This document shows positions 1-15,464 of a stretch of DNA of 64,000 nucleotides, in pieces. The position numbers and the translations under genes were made by a program. The notes under the pieces were generated by a model. That model had not been told where the DNA came from and made no database searches. It saw only the letters and a list, made by a program, of their open reading frames with translations. This DNA is from Octopus sinensis (lineage: Eukaryota). Position 1 is the first letter of the stretch. The number at the start of each line of letters is the position of its first letter. The stretch lies in the NCBI RefSeq assembly GCF_006345805.1, contig NC_043004.1, forward strand, positions 59,396,001 to 59,460,000. Direction: 5' to 3'.

Positions 1-11
1 TTTCTCTAACT

Positions 12-80
12 CATTGGTTCTCAAGCAGGGCCCATATAGCCCCTGAGGGTCCATATGAAATGATTGGAGGCCCACGTAAC
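12..80 (+). mobile_element. possible hAT-type DNA transposon terminal fragment
   Basis: cattggttctcaa...gggcccatatagcccc...gggtccat resembles the CAGTGGTTCTCAA terminus of hAT MITEs; no partner end found. Confidence 0.3.
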
Positions 81-542
81 AAAATTGTATAGCGGATATC
101 CATATACAAAATAGTAATTTTAAGTGCTTCTGAAAAAAATTTCTTTAAAATTAATAGAAATATCTGCTGTTGTGAGAGCATTCGGGCAACGTGTCTTGTT
201 TAAGGAAACCTTTAGTAGGTCATGGGTGGGTCCTTTTCTCTTAAATAAAGGATAAAACTATGAAGATTACTGGTGCTGTAAGAAGGATATCAATTTAGTC
301 AATCTATTCAATCTATTCCCTCGTTGATCAAATTATGTTCCAAGTCGACGAAGCACTAAAATTTAGTTAATTATAACTTAACATAATTAATGAAGAAAGT
401 CAAAACTGATAGTTAATTAAAATTAAATCCATAATGAGAAGAAAAATCTTATTTTTAATGACTCAGTCTTTTCTGGACTGAAAAGAGAAACAACTCCAAA
501 CACGAAATGAATTCAAAAATGTATGGAGATCCATGATGTAAG

Positions 543-556
543 GAGTGTGTGTGTGT

Positions 557-627
<71 letters not shown>

Positions 628-668
628 TGTGTATGTGTGTGTGTGTGTGTATGTGTGTTTGTGTTTGT
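543..668. repeat. (GT)n microsatellite
   Basis: direct dinucleotide run. Confidence 0.95.
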
Positions 669-934
669 GTACAGTTGATCGTTTACAGTGCGGTGACGTC
701 ATTAGATCTGTCTTGGTATTATTAAAATTATTAAGGAAAGTAGGTAAATTGGCAGATTAACTTTTGCCTTTTACCTTAGGTGTTTCAAATATTTTGGAAT
801 ACCCTCTTGAAAGGATTAGTCAAATAAATAAATGCCGGTACTCCTTTTCTGTTTGTTTTTTAAATTCTGGTACTTCTTCTACCTTTATCTTTTGCCGAAC
901 TGCTATACTACGGAGTCGTAAACAAACCAACAGC

Positions 935-1140
935 TGCTGTCAACCAATCGTGGTAGCGCGGGACAAGCAGAAAACACACACATATATATAACATATATAC
1001 ATATATATACTCCGGGCTTCCATATAGTTTCTGTCTACTTCATATTCTCACAAGGTTGGCCTTGGGCTACAGAAGACTCTTGCCCAAAGTGCCGCGCAAG
1101 GGGAATGATCCCGACGCAACATAGCTGTAAAGGCATGTTC
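935..1140 (-). mobile_element. degenerate family-B tRNA-derived SINE fragment
   Basis: diverged match to family-B head/body (cttgcccaaagtgccgcgcaagggga ~ cttgcccaaggtgccacgcagtggga). Confidence 0.55.
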
Positions 1141-2954
1141 TTAATCAAGCAGCCATACCTGATTATTTCTGAGTTATTGGAAACATTAACATCTTCACTC
1201 AGTTCAGACATTTTAATTAATGCTCTTTGGGCTCTCTTCATGAAATATCTCAACTTTCACTAAGCTAAATGTTAACATGTAGAAACATTATTTGGAACTC
1301 GTTTCTCAGTCAATATTTTAAGTAATGCCTCACCACTTCTACTCCAATAACGAGAACAAACATTAAAGTGTTCAGATAAAAGTCACGGTAGTGAACTCTC
1401 AAATGAAATTTAATATTTATTAATAACTAAAAGAGGACTTGCAGGGGGTAATGGAGGTGTAATATTATGAAAATATTGCGATTTTATCAGTTCCATTTTA
1501 ATAAAATAAAAAGATATATCGTATGTTAACAATGTATATTCTATGTTAACAATCGTATGTATATAAAAGATATATTGTATGTTAACAAATAGTAAGAGAA
1601 AACGAGAGAGAAAGATTGGGAGAAAAAGAAAGAGAGTGAGAGTAAATGAAAGGGTGAGTGGGCGCGAGCAAAACTTCACGATTGTAAAAGCATGTTTTAA
1701 ACTCAAAGAGGGAGAAGTCCTATTGTGTGTAGAACTAGATTCTACACAGTTGCTCGATAGGCAAAAATAACAGACAATGGGTAATAAAATCTTAAACCAT
1801 CATTCTATACATGCCAAGAGATGATAAAATATATTTCTTGACATCCTCCCGAAGGTTGTGATGGCTATGGTAAGAAGGTCTTAAATCGTACGTTAATATG
1901 CTTCGCGTTTATTCACTTCTAGTAATACAACAAAAAGAAAGACTACTTTAGTATAAAATAAAAGAAGAATATTCTCAAGATCGCTCGATCTGCCAGAAAT
2001 AATAGTCAAGTCACTTACAAATCACACATTATCTTGCAAAATAAAAAGCAAATGTCAATACCAAGGAATGTGTCGCCAAACACGTCTTCATTTTTGTTCT
2101 ATATTGTACTGCAGATCGATTCGTCTTACGACACTTCGCGTTGTATATCCGACTTCTCTATGATTAAAGGTATTAGATCCTCTGCTGTCAACATTTCTAG
2201 ATAAATAGACGCTGTGTATGCGCCACTGACGTCCCACTCATTACGGAGCAACGTGGTTCCGACATATGTACATCTATCAGTGAATCAGCGCTGATATTTC
2301 TTTTGAAACCAGCGTCGATAATTCTCATTGAAGCTAGGTGCATTTAACTCAAAAGCTCAACCCAGAGATTAGTATGAGGGGAAAAGTCCATGTCTATGGT
2401 CACTTTGATAGTTTAAGAAAGAAGATTTAAGAAAAGGATGCTGAAAGATTGACAGTAGTAAAAGATAGGTAATAGCGTAATATTGTTGGAATGATGTACA
2501 GAATAGTCATATGGATACGACGTCCATCTCCCTAGAAGCCTGTCATTCATTTTCGTCCTTACCTTAGTCCTACATTTTTTCTCCTGATCTCTGTATATCA
2601 GCCTCTCTGTCTCTGTCGCTATATTTTACACTCACCAACATGCACAATACGCATGTGCACACACTTTCTCAAACGTCTACATCAGACGATAATGTATAGA
2701 ATTTAAAATGTTTATGAGCGGTTTCGAATATTATGAATGACAGAATATAATTTTTTAAACTTTGTACCATTTGAAATTAGTGACATTTACAAATTATTCA
2801 GGCGAAATATTCTATCAATCAGACCCCTACTTTTCGTATCGTTTGAAAAACAGAGTACACACGCGTGCCCACACACACTCAAGTACAAGCAAACACACTA
2901 GAAATCAGGTTACACAATTTAATAATAACAAATAAAAGTCGCCAAATCATATTC

Positions 2955-2987
2955 AAGCCCCGGGCGATGTTGGGTGTTTCAGCTAGT
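2955..2987 (+). mobile_element. Helitron 3' terminus
   Basis: GC-rich hairpin ccccgggcgatgttggg, short spacer, then CTAG-T. Confidence 0.5.
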
Positions 2988-3034
2988 ATATATACATGTA
3001 TGTATGTATATCTGTGTGCGTGTTTGTATGAGTG

Positions 3035-3070
<36 letters not shown>

Positions 3071-3309
3071 AGAGAGAGAAAGAAAGGAAGAAGGAAACGT
3101 TGAGAAAGAGAATCTGACGAATCATCCTTTGTCTTGATTGTCAATACTTGATTGATATTTTATCGCAACCTACAATGAAATGCAAAGTTGGCTTCGAATG
3201 GATTTGAACAGAGTATCAAAATAAATCACACGACTCTTTGTAATTGATGCTCAAACGATTCAACCACTTCGCCAGTAGAACTGACATACACTGCATCATA
3301 AAATATTAC

Positions 3310-3685
3310 AAAACAAGAGTACTCAGACAGCGCAAACTTCCGCCAAAGCAACACCAACGTCCTCTCAGCGATTGGCCGGAGATGATTTTTAAAATGAGAA
3401 TATCTGAAATAACCTGGACTACTCTTACAAACAATAATACTAAAAATGAACCTGGCCGCTCTTAAAAATTAAGTGAAAAAACAGGAGAAATAATTCAGAA
3501 TCTTTGTCCGATACCGGATCGATGCCAAAATCAAATCAGTTCGTGCTAGTCTCAAGGCCAAACTTTTCTGAAAGTTTCATCAGAATTCATTTAGCGGTTC
3601 TTGAGATATGTTGTCCACGGACAAATAAGCAAACAAACACAACTGAAAACAACACCTCTGCCTTAGAGAAGGCGGAGGTAATTAA
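3310..3685 (-). mobile_element. HINE/DINE-1-like non-autonomous Helentron-type element
   Basis: minus strand: 5' subTIR ttacctccgcc, nearby IR ggcagaggt, gtttgt microsatellite, 3' subTIR ggcggaagt, then gcgctgtctgagtactcttgttt end. Confidence 0.65.
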
Positions 3686-3772
3686 CTTGGGATTCAACAG
3701 GAAACCAGGAACTGGGTTGCTACTTAGACGAGCACACATTTATTTCATCAGAGTATATTATCAATAACACTA

Positions 3773-4340
3773 AGGCCACGAGCTGCTGCACGTCAGGGAA
3801 AAGGCTAAGCGGTATTTCGTCTGCCGTTACGTTCTAAGTCAAAAACTCCACCGAGGTCGACTTTGCCTTTCATATTTTCGGGGTCGATAAATTAAGTACT
3901 AGTTACTCTCTGGGGTCGATCTAATCGACTTAATACCTATGTCTGTCCTTGTTTGTTCCCTCTATGTTTAGCCCTTTGTGGGTAATAAAGAAATAGGTAT
4001 TTCGTCTGCCGTTACGTTCTTAGTTCAAATTCCACCGAGGTCGAATTTGCCTTTAATCCTTTTAAATAAGAACTAGTTACTCACTGGGGTCGATATAAAC
4101 CACTTAATCCGTTTGTCTGTCCTTGTCTGTCCCCTCTATGTTTAGCCCCTTGTGGGCAGTAAAGAAATAGGTATTTCGTCTGTCTTTACATTCTGAGGTC
4201 AAATCCTTTTAAGGACGATTTGTCTTTCATTCTTTCGGTGTCAATAACATAGGTACCAGTTGAGTACTGGAGTCTATATAATCGACATAGCCCTGCCACG
4301 AAATAGCTGGCCTTAAGCCAAAATTTGCAAACAATATTAT
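3773..4340 (+). mobile_element. family-A tRNA-derived SINE, head-to-tail trimer
   Basis: three units restarting at ggtatttcgtctg, each with ttgcctttcatcctttcggggtcgataaattaagtaccag-like core (resembles the Meta domain from memory); tails 1,1,2. Confidence 0.85.
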
Positions 4341-5560
4341 CAATGTTACTAATATAATTTTGTTTAATTCATTCAAGAATTGAAACCAGTTCCTGGGTTC
4401 CGCATACGGTATACAGGTGGTTTACTGCATGGTGTTCAATATACATTCAATACCATATTGATTGTATTCAGGAATCTAAACAAAATGGTGAGTTAGTTGA
4501 GTTAGTCCAGTTCCTTTGATTCTTTTGAATTCCATTATTTGAGATCACGTTTATTTCTCGTTCTATTCAACATCTAAGAAATCAAGATGTGAGTCTTTTT
4601 TTAATATATTTTGAAGTATATTTTACCGAGGTCTGGTATATTCTACAGATTTCAATGCTTTCTTACCGCACGGTTACACTTTATTGACTGGTTGGGTTAT
4701 CACCAAACAAACAAACACATACTTGTGTGCATGTGTGATGTGAAAGTGGATATGGGTATGTATGTATATTTGTATGTGCGTGTGTATGTATGTTTTTATG
4801 TATATACGTATACATGTTTTTGTGTATGTATTTATGACTATGCACTAAATATACACAAACGCTATTGACGTGTTGTTTTCAATTTGTAAAAGCAAAATGT
4901 CATATATATATATATATATATATATGTATCTACATGCGAATACATATATATAAACACAGACTCAATGAGTAAGTGTATATAGGTATGCATACATACATAT
5001 ATATGTTTATAATCGGTAAATACAATTGCCGGCAATGCAGAGTGTGTTTTCCCCCTCTTTAATGTCACTGCTCGCTGACAATGTCTTAGGTATGTGAATT
5101 GTTCCTCAATAGTGATGGTAATTCAATTTACTATTGTTCATTGTTATAGTATAAATTAAAGGCTATTTAGGTTCGTTTATACTAAACAGAAACGGTTTCA
5201 AAGTAGATAGATATAGATTATTAGGATCGTGGTGTCATTCTACAACTGATATGCAACATACACACACACGCGTTCATATTTATACTCGCACACACACACA
5301 CACACGCACTCAATAATACGCACACAAACACACACATAAGCACACACACATGAATACAAACATACACATGTATTTGTTCATACATACATTCGCGATGATA
5401 TGTATTTATATGTTCGTTATATTGATACATGCTTTCACATCAGCATGGCAAATAACCATTTCAAATCATCTACTTTACATCAATAATCTTTATTGTCATT
5501 GACTGTGAGTTGTGAATGACTCTTGAGATCAAAAGCTGGTTTGCAAGCCCTCAGACATAT

Positions 5561-5953
5561 TTACTTGTTTCAGTCATTTGACTGCGGCCATGCTCGAGCA
5601 CCGCCTTTAATCGAGCAACTCGACCCCGGGACTTATTCTTTTGTAAGCCCAGTACTTATTCTATCGGTCTCTTTTGCCGAACCGCTAAGTAACGGGGACG
5701 TAAACACACCAGCATCGGTTGTCAAGCAATGCTAGGGGGACAAACACAGACACACATACGCATACACACACATACATATATATACATATATACGACAGGC
5801 TTCTTTCAGTTTCCGTCTACCAAATTCACTCACAAGGTCTTGGTCGGCCCGAGGCTATAGCAGAAGACACTTGCTCAAGATGCCACGCAGTGGGACTGAA
5901 CCCGAAACCATGTGGTTGGTTAGCAAGCTACTTACCACACAGCCACTCCTGCG
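5561..5953 (-). mobile_element. family-B tRNA-derived SINE, full length
   Basis: minus: tRNA-like head (gtggctgtgtggtaagtagcttg...ggttcagtccc), body, internal microsatellite, tail cagcatggccgcagtcaaatgactgaaacaag. Confidence 0.9.
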
Positions 5954-6269
5954 TCTATAAGATTCAAAATAAGACTCAAAACATTTGCAGGGTTTATATA
6001 TCTTGGTATGGATATTGTATTCTTATGCTCTTTCATCAACGTTTTCAAACCAGAGTGACTCCGACAGGTCTTTCCATATACTACTTACACACATGTTGTT
6101 ACCAGAAAATCGTTGCTCGAAAGATTTTGCTTTCGCGAACGGCTGTGTGACTTTACGTTGTTCATCTAGCTAGCTATTTGACTGGAAATGCTGGTGACAA
6201 TGACAATATATTTACCACTTAATTTTTTATAGTGTATCCCATATACTGCCCTTCCCATTATACTTTCCT

Positions 6270-7000
6270 TCGACAGAAACAGACCTACATCAATTTCTAT
6301 TAGTGTCTTTCTCTTCCTAGTTGTTGTGAATTCAGATCTAGTACCTCTTCTATGCCTTATGGTATAATCGCTTCCCAAATTGTAACCACACCATGGTTTC
6401 ACATCTGACATATCAGTAAGATGTCCAGCTCATTGCATTTCAGATTTCAGGTGTTTACTCAGTGTGAGTCACATGGCAAACTGCCAGTCATCTGAAGTAA
6501 TTCCGTATATAATAGCATATCTTCCCATTTTAATTTCAATATTGTTCGGAGTATTTTTGCTGAAATCATTCAAACATTGTACACGCATAGTGAGAGTGGT
6601 CTACATCTCACAAGTACTGCTATACTTTTCACCTGTAGGTATGTCATTTGAACGCTAATTTTTGTCTAATATCTAACACCATAACTTTTCCTCAATTTTT
6701 CCAAATGCCGTATTCCCTTTAAGAATTTCGAGCATAATTTGATATCCAGACTGCCAGCTCTAGGTAGGCTACTTCCCAAGATTGTACATGTACCTATCTC
6801 TCCTAATTTTGTGTTTTTACATTGATTTTAGGCTTCACAATGTGTTCCTCAGGTGCCGGCGAGCACATCGCCTTGGTCATTTCCTTAAAAATATAGTTAG
6901 ACCGAAATATCGTATGCAGCAAAGTACCTGTCTGTTATGATCTTTGTGGTCTTTTAAATCCCAAATCAGTTAAAAGACCACAATGAACAATTTCATTTAG
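6270..7000 (-). pseudogene. degenerate RTE-clade LINE, RT C-terminal part
   Basis: manual minus-strand translation across frameshifts: RYFGLTIFLRK, TKAMCSPAP, LGSSLPRAGSLD, AFGKIEEKLW, LRTILKLKWED, (W)AGHL, in RTE ORF order. Confidence 0.75.
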
Positions 7001-7661
7001 AATGGTTGATCCTCTCAATTTCGATACCATATGACAAAGGCAAGAAATTCTGTCTTCTCTGCAATTCTGAGCTATTTTTCATTATTTTTTCTAAAAATAC
7101 TCTAGTAAACACGGTTATAGAACGAGCATACAGATGTAAGCATTGGCAGAAACATACTTTTAGTGCATATAAATAGTCTCTATCGTTATATATAGTTTAG
7201 ACTTTACTTTCCTTTATATTTAACATTCACTATTAATATCCCTACTCTTTCTGTTAGCTACTTATGACGTTATATCATATAAGGTTTTTTTAAACGATAT
7301 TAATAGCGTTCTGTCTATCGCTATACGAATCCATCATTTTTTGCTAAAATGTCGTATTGACAAGTTTCGTTTTTTCACTTTCCCGAAGAGAAGATTGCAT
7401 TGTTTATACCTTTTATTCTTTTGAATAAGTATCAGTGGAATTTTTGAAACATATGTAGAAAGTAAAAGTACTTGTTTAAACCTGCGTTAACTCCATTTTT
7501 TATTCATATTATTCAAATATTCAACGTAAACACGAAGTTTCAACCTTTATAAACAAGGAGTTACAACATCTTTACTTGTGAGATTTTTGCTGCCCTGGTA
7601 ACTATTCATTCATTTATCCGTGTTAATTGTTAACAAGGTAAAATACACTCATCTATTATAT

Positions 7662-7694
<33 letters not shown>

Positions 7695-7695
7695 T

Positions 7696-7899
7696 TGTGT
7701 GTCTGTGCTTGTCACCCAACCGTCGCTTGGCAACCGATGCTGGTGTGTTCACGTCCCCGTAACAGCGGTTCGGCAAAAGTGACCGATAGAATAAGTACTA
7801 CACTTACAAAGAATAAGTCCTGGGGTCCATTTACTCGACTAAGTGCTTCAGCATGGCCGCAGTCAAATGACTGAAACAAATAAAAGAATAAAAGAATGA
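7696..7899 (+). mobile_element. family-B SINE 3' half, inside the RTE remnant
   Basis: match to family-B tail, preceded by (TA)n. Confidence 0.85.
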
Positions 7900-7959
7900 G
7901 CATAAATTTTAAGGACAGTCAGTTTATGAAGGATCACCTATATACAGTTTCTCTCATGC

Positions 7960-8800
7960 CTGGTGGCGAGACACGTACGTTCAGTTCATTTCTAATGTAG
8001 CCTGGTTGAGAAAATCATGTCCATTTTCCATCTGTCCACTCGGAAGCCAGATGGAGTTTCTAGTAGAGTTATAAGAACAGAGGTCAGGCATGAGACAATT
8101 CAACTTTACTATCGAGAAAACTTTCTCCACATATTCTAACGGAGTGATACCACGGAAATTGTCGCATACACACATAGGTCCTTTGACTTATTATGGTGCG
8201 CTATTATATCACCTGAGCAATCGGAGTTCTTTCCCAGCTAGTCGCTATCATCCAATGTATTGCTGATTCTGTAAGGTTGCCTGCTTTCAAAATTACTGTG
8301 TATTTCATCTAAGACTGGTGTTTTTCCAGGGTTCCACGGAATCCAGGTAACAGAATTTCTTCAGTTTTGCTAACAGAATTGCTTCAATTTCATGTATGTT
8401 ATCCACGTGGATTTGTGGCAATCCAGTAATTATTTCCATGAAAACTATATAAGAATTGAAGAATTTATTCGAAAAACGTTTTTTCATCGTTTTATGATGT
8501 CAACTTGGTGCATAAAGTGTCATTGTCTAATTTTAGATTTCAAGGTCCACAGATGACTGAGGTCGAACTTCTTTGATAAAGAAACAAGATAAAACCTTGG
8601 AAATCTTTCTGCTGAAAGCATCTTGAACATCTGATGAAATCTCTGACGAACATGTATTTTCATTCTTCTAAATTCTCCCTGCAACGTTGCTTCCTCTGAC
8701 TATGGGCGTTCTATTCTTTGCATCGGATCTAAAGACCCACTTCAGATTGATTGATTTCTCTTCCAGCAACTGATACATTTCATTGTTATTGTTGGCAAAA
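7960..8800 (-). pseudogene. degenerate RTE-clade LINE, RT N-terminal part
   Basis: minus-strand PGKTPVLDEIHS (~GKAPGLDEIP) and HNKSKDLCVCDNFRGITPLEYVEKVF (~KKGDRSVCDNYRGISLL); collinear with 6270-7000. Confidence 0.7.
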
Positions 8801-9419
8801 CAATTATTGTGTATCTTATTTTTCAAAATCAAGATAGTGACACGTAAGCCACACCCTTGACTTTTGAAATTCACGCAAATTCCTTCACTTTATCAATACT
8901 ACTCCATTTTCACATGATTTTAATATAGAGACAAGACAAACCAGATGGAATGAAACATCCACACGAAATCCAATTAAAGTCACGTATGCTTAAACTTCTC
9001 TCTTGTCCTCTCTCTAGCAGCAGTCGCTGCAACCCAGTGGTACGTATTGTAAGTTGAATGGCAGCTACGTTAACTGCAGGTTTGATTTCAGAGTGCTTTC
9101 TCGTTGACTTTTCCCTCCAAAGGTTATTTACAGGTCAACGGGTATATCAAAAAGCAGATTTGCCAGGAATGTATGGACTTTGACATTCATGAGTTCTTGC
9201 ATTTTCTAAAGAGTCTTTTCTTTCCTATCGATGAGAGTCCACATATCACTCATCCGATCAAGCAAGCTTGGAGAGATTGTTCGTTTCATCACCAACAACG
9301 CCTCGGTGCAACACGTCTTACGGCATTATATGCAGCCGGAACTACATAAGCATGATATTATATAACATTAACATGCACACATAATACATATACACACGTA
9401 CACGTGACACCAGGCATCA

Positions 9420-10850
<1,431 letters not shown>

Positions 10851-11626
10851 ATAGATAGACAGATATTCATACGTACATATACATACATCTATTAATATAT
10901 CGACAGACCAAAATTAAATGAAATTGTTGAGAGTATCGTCTATAATCAACGTATTAATATTATTTCTGGATCAAAATCTTCTTAGAGAACTAATACATAT
11001 AATGCCCGATAGATATTTAGAAAACTGCGAGCAGTATCGAACAACGTATCGCTTGGCTTTAGCCGCATGTTCCACGGATGGCGCCTGAGAGGTATTGCCA
11101 CTTTTCTATTTTTTTAGTGTTCTGTACTAAAGTTTAGTAATATAACTCTGCGAGGAATGTAGATATCCGATCAAAATTGTATAACCATTTTCAGCGGAAA
11201 GCGATTTTTGCTAAACAGATTTAAAAAAAAAAACCTCTCCCTATGCTGAGCGAAACAGAGAGACCGCTAGTGACAATATTTACAATTTCACAAGTTTTCT
11301 GATTTTCTTAAATGTTTTTCACATGTTTCGTAAAATTAAGCTTAAAAATGAAATACTTTTAGTGGTGCATATTAAATCGGCACATACATTGAGATACTGA
11401 AAAAGTATTACAGAAGCAGAAAATATCGATCTTATGATCAGGTAAGCTAATTAACATCATTACCGGAATGATCATGAAATTTAATTATACAGTCAGATGG
11501 TTTCAGTAACATCAATATCGCACATGTACCGCAAGATTTTTCAGAGATAACTTCGCAGAAACTCATTTTTCTTCGAAAAACTAATTTACTACCGTGTGAA
11601 GGGATATAAGTACAAACGTATACGAC

Positions 11627-11627
11627 G

Positions 11628-11719
<92 letters not shown>

Positions 11720-11795
11720 GTATCTATCTATCTATCTATCTATGTATCTATGTATCTATCTATCTATCTATCTACCTATCTATCTATCTATCTAT
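11627..11795. repeat. (TATC)n microsatellite
   Basis: direct tetranucleotide run. Confidence 0.95.
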
Positions 11796-11864
11796 CATAC
11801 AAATAATATATATATTCATATATATACATATGCATATATACGTGCATATACATGTATACATTAT

Positions 11865-11917
<53 letters not shown>

Positions 11918-12444
11918 TGCTTATATGGGTAAAGGACGTCACAAAACATAACATGAAATACGAAGGCATACTTGGGTATGCGAACAACGAGAGAAACAAT
12001 TGGAACACAAAAAAAGTAATATAAAGAACGACCCTTCAACAGTTGTTGGCTGTTTATCTACGCCACATTTCAAGCAATTAACAATATGAGGCTTCATAAA
12101 ACAGTTGCTAACGCGAACCAAAATAAAATTTGGGATTTACGGAGGGTTAAGTTAGTACCAAAAACAGGAGAGTGGAGACATACAAAAAACCAAACGAAAA
12201 CAACATGGAGGGTCGTTAGGGCAGACAAGGTAAAAGTAGCGAACGCTGGCGGAAGATTGTCATTCACAAGAGAAAAGATAGAAGAGAAGACAAATAAGAA
12301 TGCCTCTGGTCTGTGCGACAGACTGAAGGAAAAGAAAGATGATCACGCGAGGAAAAGAAAGATGGACGATGTTCACGTGTGAGCAACGAGAGAGAGGGAG
12401 AAAAAGAGAGAGAGAGAGAGAGTAAAGAAGTAAGAGAAACAGGA

Positions 12445-12500
<56 letters not shown>

Positions 12501-12919
12501 CAGACATTTAGAAAACGGTGAACGGGCGAAAAAAGAATTAGATAAAGGAAGAGAGAGAAAACAAAAGGGGGCAAGAGAGAACAGTAGAGGGTAGAGACGC
12601 ATCAAAATTATTAAGATAACTTAGTTGGAAATGAATGCGTGGCATTCAATCATAGAACATCATGAATTAAAAAATATAGATGCATATATGCATACATATA
12701 TGTACATACTTACATATACATTAAAAATTCTACAAGATGGAGTTACAGCGTGGCCGCAATCTAATGACGGAAAGAAGTAAAATATAAAACACAGAAGAAA
12801 CACGCACACACATACATTCGTACTACACACATATATATATATACATATATATATATACATATACACACACACACACACGCATAAATATATATATATACAT
12901 ATACACACACACACAATAA

Positions 12920-12957
<38 letters not shown>

Positions 12958-12970
12958 TACATACATACAG

Positions 12971-13289
12971 CACAGTGTCTTCTGCTATAGCCCCGGGCCG
13001 ACCAATGCCTTGTGAGTGGATTTGGTAGTCGTAAACTGAAAGAAGCCTGTCGTATATATGTATATATATGTATATATGGGTATGCGTGTGTGTTTGTCCC
13101 CCTAGCATTGCTTGACAACCGATGCTTGTGTGATTACGTCCCCGTCACTTAGTGGTTCGGCAAAAGAGAACGATAGAATAAGTACTGGGCTTACAAAAAG
13201 AATAAGTCCCGGGGTCGATTTGCTCGACTAAAGGCGGTGCTCCAGCATGGCCGCAGTCAAATGACTGAAACAAGTAAAAGAGTAAAGAG
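12971..13289 (+). mobile_element. family-B SINE, 5' truncated
   Basis: body, microsatellite and tail match other copies. Confidence 0.9.
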
Positions 13290-13877
13290 TACACACACAC
13301 ACACACACACGTATATTTGTGTGTGCTTATATATGGATAACACTGGAGAAATTGGTAACAGTATGTCGAGATTGAGTGGTTGCTAAACGATGCTTTTGAA
13401 AAATTGTTACCTTTACATTTCATTATTATCATGCACATTAAAATGTCATATTCTTATTTATTAGCACGGTATTTTCGTCGATTCAGAGGAGAAAGGAAAA
13501 TAAACTTTAACGGATGTAGAGACTGTTTTCCATAAAATCAAGTTGAGAGATCTATAAATGTTTTTAAAACAGAGGACCACCAATCAGGATATGTCAGATC
13601 CATTATAATAGGATAAAAATGTCTTAAGCTTTTAGTAGTTGTGAATTCTTCAGTATTTGAGAATAAAAATGTCCGACAGATATTTTTAACCTGGTATTTT
13701 GTTGAATTTGCAAATTGCTGAAAATAGTGTGTTAAACTTATCAGACACAACAAATCTTCTTTAAAAGTTTTTCGATTTTACACCTTTGCTGTGTTCGGCG
13801 TAGCTAAGCATTGATACAACAATGATTACGTCCATTCAAAACACTTAAATTTTTCATGTTCGTCATATCATGTTAAT

Positions 13878-14246
13878 ATTCATCTCCATAATTTCGTCTG
13901 CCGTTACGTTCTGAGTTCAAATTCCGCCGAAGTCGACTTTGCCTTTCAGCCTTTCGGGGTCGATAAATTAAAGTACTAGTTATGAACTGGGGTCGATCTA
14001 ATCGACTGACTTCCTCCCCAAAAATGTCTGGCCTTGTGCCTAGAAAAGAAAAAAACATTCATCTCCATGATTTCGTCTGCCGTTACGTCCTGAGTTCAAA
14101 TTCCGCCGAGGTCGACTTTGCCTTTCGTCCTTTCGGGCTCGATCAATTAAGTACTAGTTATGTACTGGGGTCGATCTAATCTACTGGCCTCCTCCCACAA
14201 AATGTCGGGCCTTGTACCTAGAGCAGAAAGGAATATTCATCTCCAT
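13878..14246 (+). mobile_element. two tandem 5'-truncated family-A SINEs (tail 2)
   Basis: ~179-bp period, bounded by three copies of attcatctccat. Confidence 0.85.
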
Positions 14247-14543
14247 GTAACATCTGGGTATTTATCTATCGTTTCTGCTGCAAGAATAGCATTCGTCTAT
14301 ATCTGTTGACTTTTACTTGTTTCAGTTATTGCTTTCGGCTATGTTGCGGGTTTGATGGAAAAATTTGACTCCCAGAATCATATTTTATAATTTTAGTACG
14401 TATTTTGGTACCTAGGTCTCTAATGCCGAACCAAGAAGTTCGGTAACGTAAGCAGACCTACACCGGTTGTCAAGCAGTGATGGGGAACGAACACAAGCAC
14501 AACCTTCAACCAAACATAGACCATACACACACATACGCCCACA

Positions 14544-14745
14544 AGGCGCGTAGCTTATTGGGTAGGGCATTCAGCTTACCATCGTAGGGTCACGAGTTCG
14601 AAAACCGGCATGTGTCCTTGAACAAGACACTTTATGTTACGTCGCTCCAGGTAATTCAACTGGCAAAAATTAGCTGTCCTTGTAATTTCAAAGGCTTTCT
14701 TGTCAGATTCTGTGTCACGCTGAATCATAACTGGAACACTCATCG
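14544..14745 (+). mobile_element. family-E tRNA-derived SINE (CORE-like domain)
   Basis: ggcgcgtagctta..ggtagggc A-box-like, gagttcgaaa B-box-like, gtgtccttgaacaagacactttat core. Confidence 0.7.
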
Positions 14746-14765
14746 TCATAACCTCCGGATTGCCC

Positions 14766-14886
<121 letters not shown>

Positions 14887-14945
14887 TATATATATTATAT
14901 ATATATATATATTTATATACACACACACATATATATATGTGTGTG

Positions 14946-15215
14946 TGGAGGCGCAATGGCCCAGTGGTTAGGGCAGCAGACTCGCGGTCGGAGGATCGCG
15001 GTTTCCATTCCCAGACCGGGCTTTGTGTGTGTTTATAGAGCGAAAGCACCTAAAAGCTCCACGAGGCTCCAGCAGGGGGTGGTTGCAACCCCTGTTGTAC
15101 TCTTTCGCCACAACTTTCTCTTCCTGTTTCTTGAGTAACGCTGCGATGGACTGGTGTCCTGTGCAGCTGTGGGGAACACATACGCCACAGAAACCGGGAA
15201 ACTGGGACCATGAGC
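14946..15215 (+). mobile_element. family-C tRNA-derived SINE
   Basis: ggaggcgcaatggcccagtggttagggcag...ggtttccattcccagacc head with A/B-box-like motifs. Confidence 0.85.
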
Positions 15216-15464
15216 CTGGGAAATTCTTATTAAAAACTTTAAAACTTACTTTCGTTTATGCTTATCATGTTTAATATCTGTTAAAAACGCATAAATCTTA
15301 AATTTTGTTTATAATTTTATATTCCTTATAATCTTTTTATGATTTTTATTTCATTCTTTTGGGATTCCGCTTATCTGTCTACAGCAGCTATTGCTTTTCA
15401 ATTTGGCTACACCCGGTTTCTCTGCCTCTATCCACAGGATGGAGTGCTAGTTTAGCTGATCAAG

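Noticed and set aside
8330-8380. KFCYLDS read as the late RTE KFCYLGS motif
   Set aside because: It lies upstream of the CDNFRGI motif, out of order; an overlapping frame gives the correctly placed GKAPG-like motif
12086-12382. 98-aa ORF with a KTTWR motif
   Set aside because: Only a weak echo of an RTE C-terminus, and it runs into a purine repeat
14946-15025. tRNA genes at SINE heads
   Set aside because: They lack a complete cloverleaf and continue into SINE bodies
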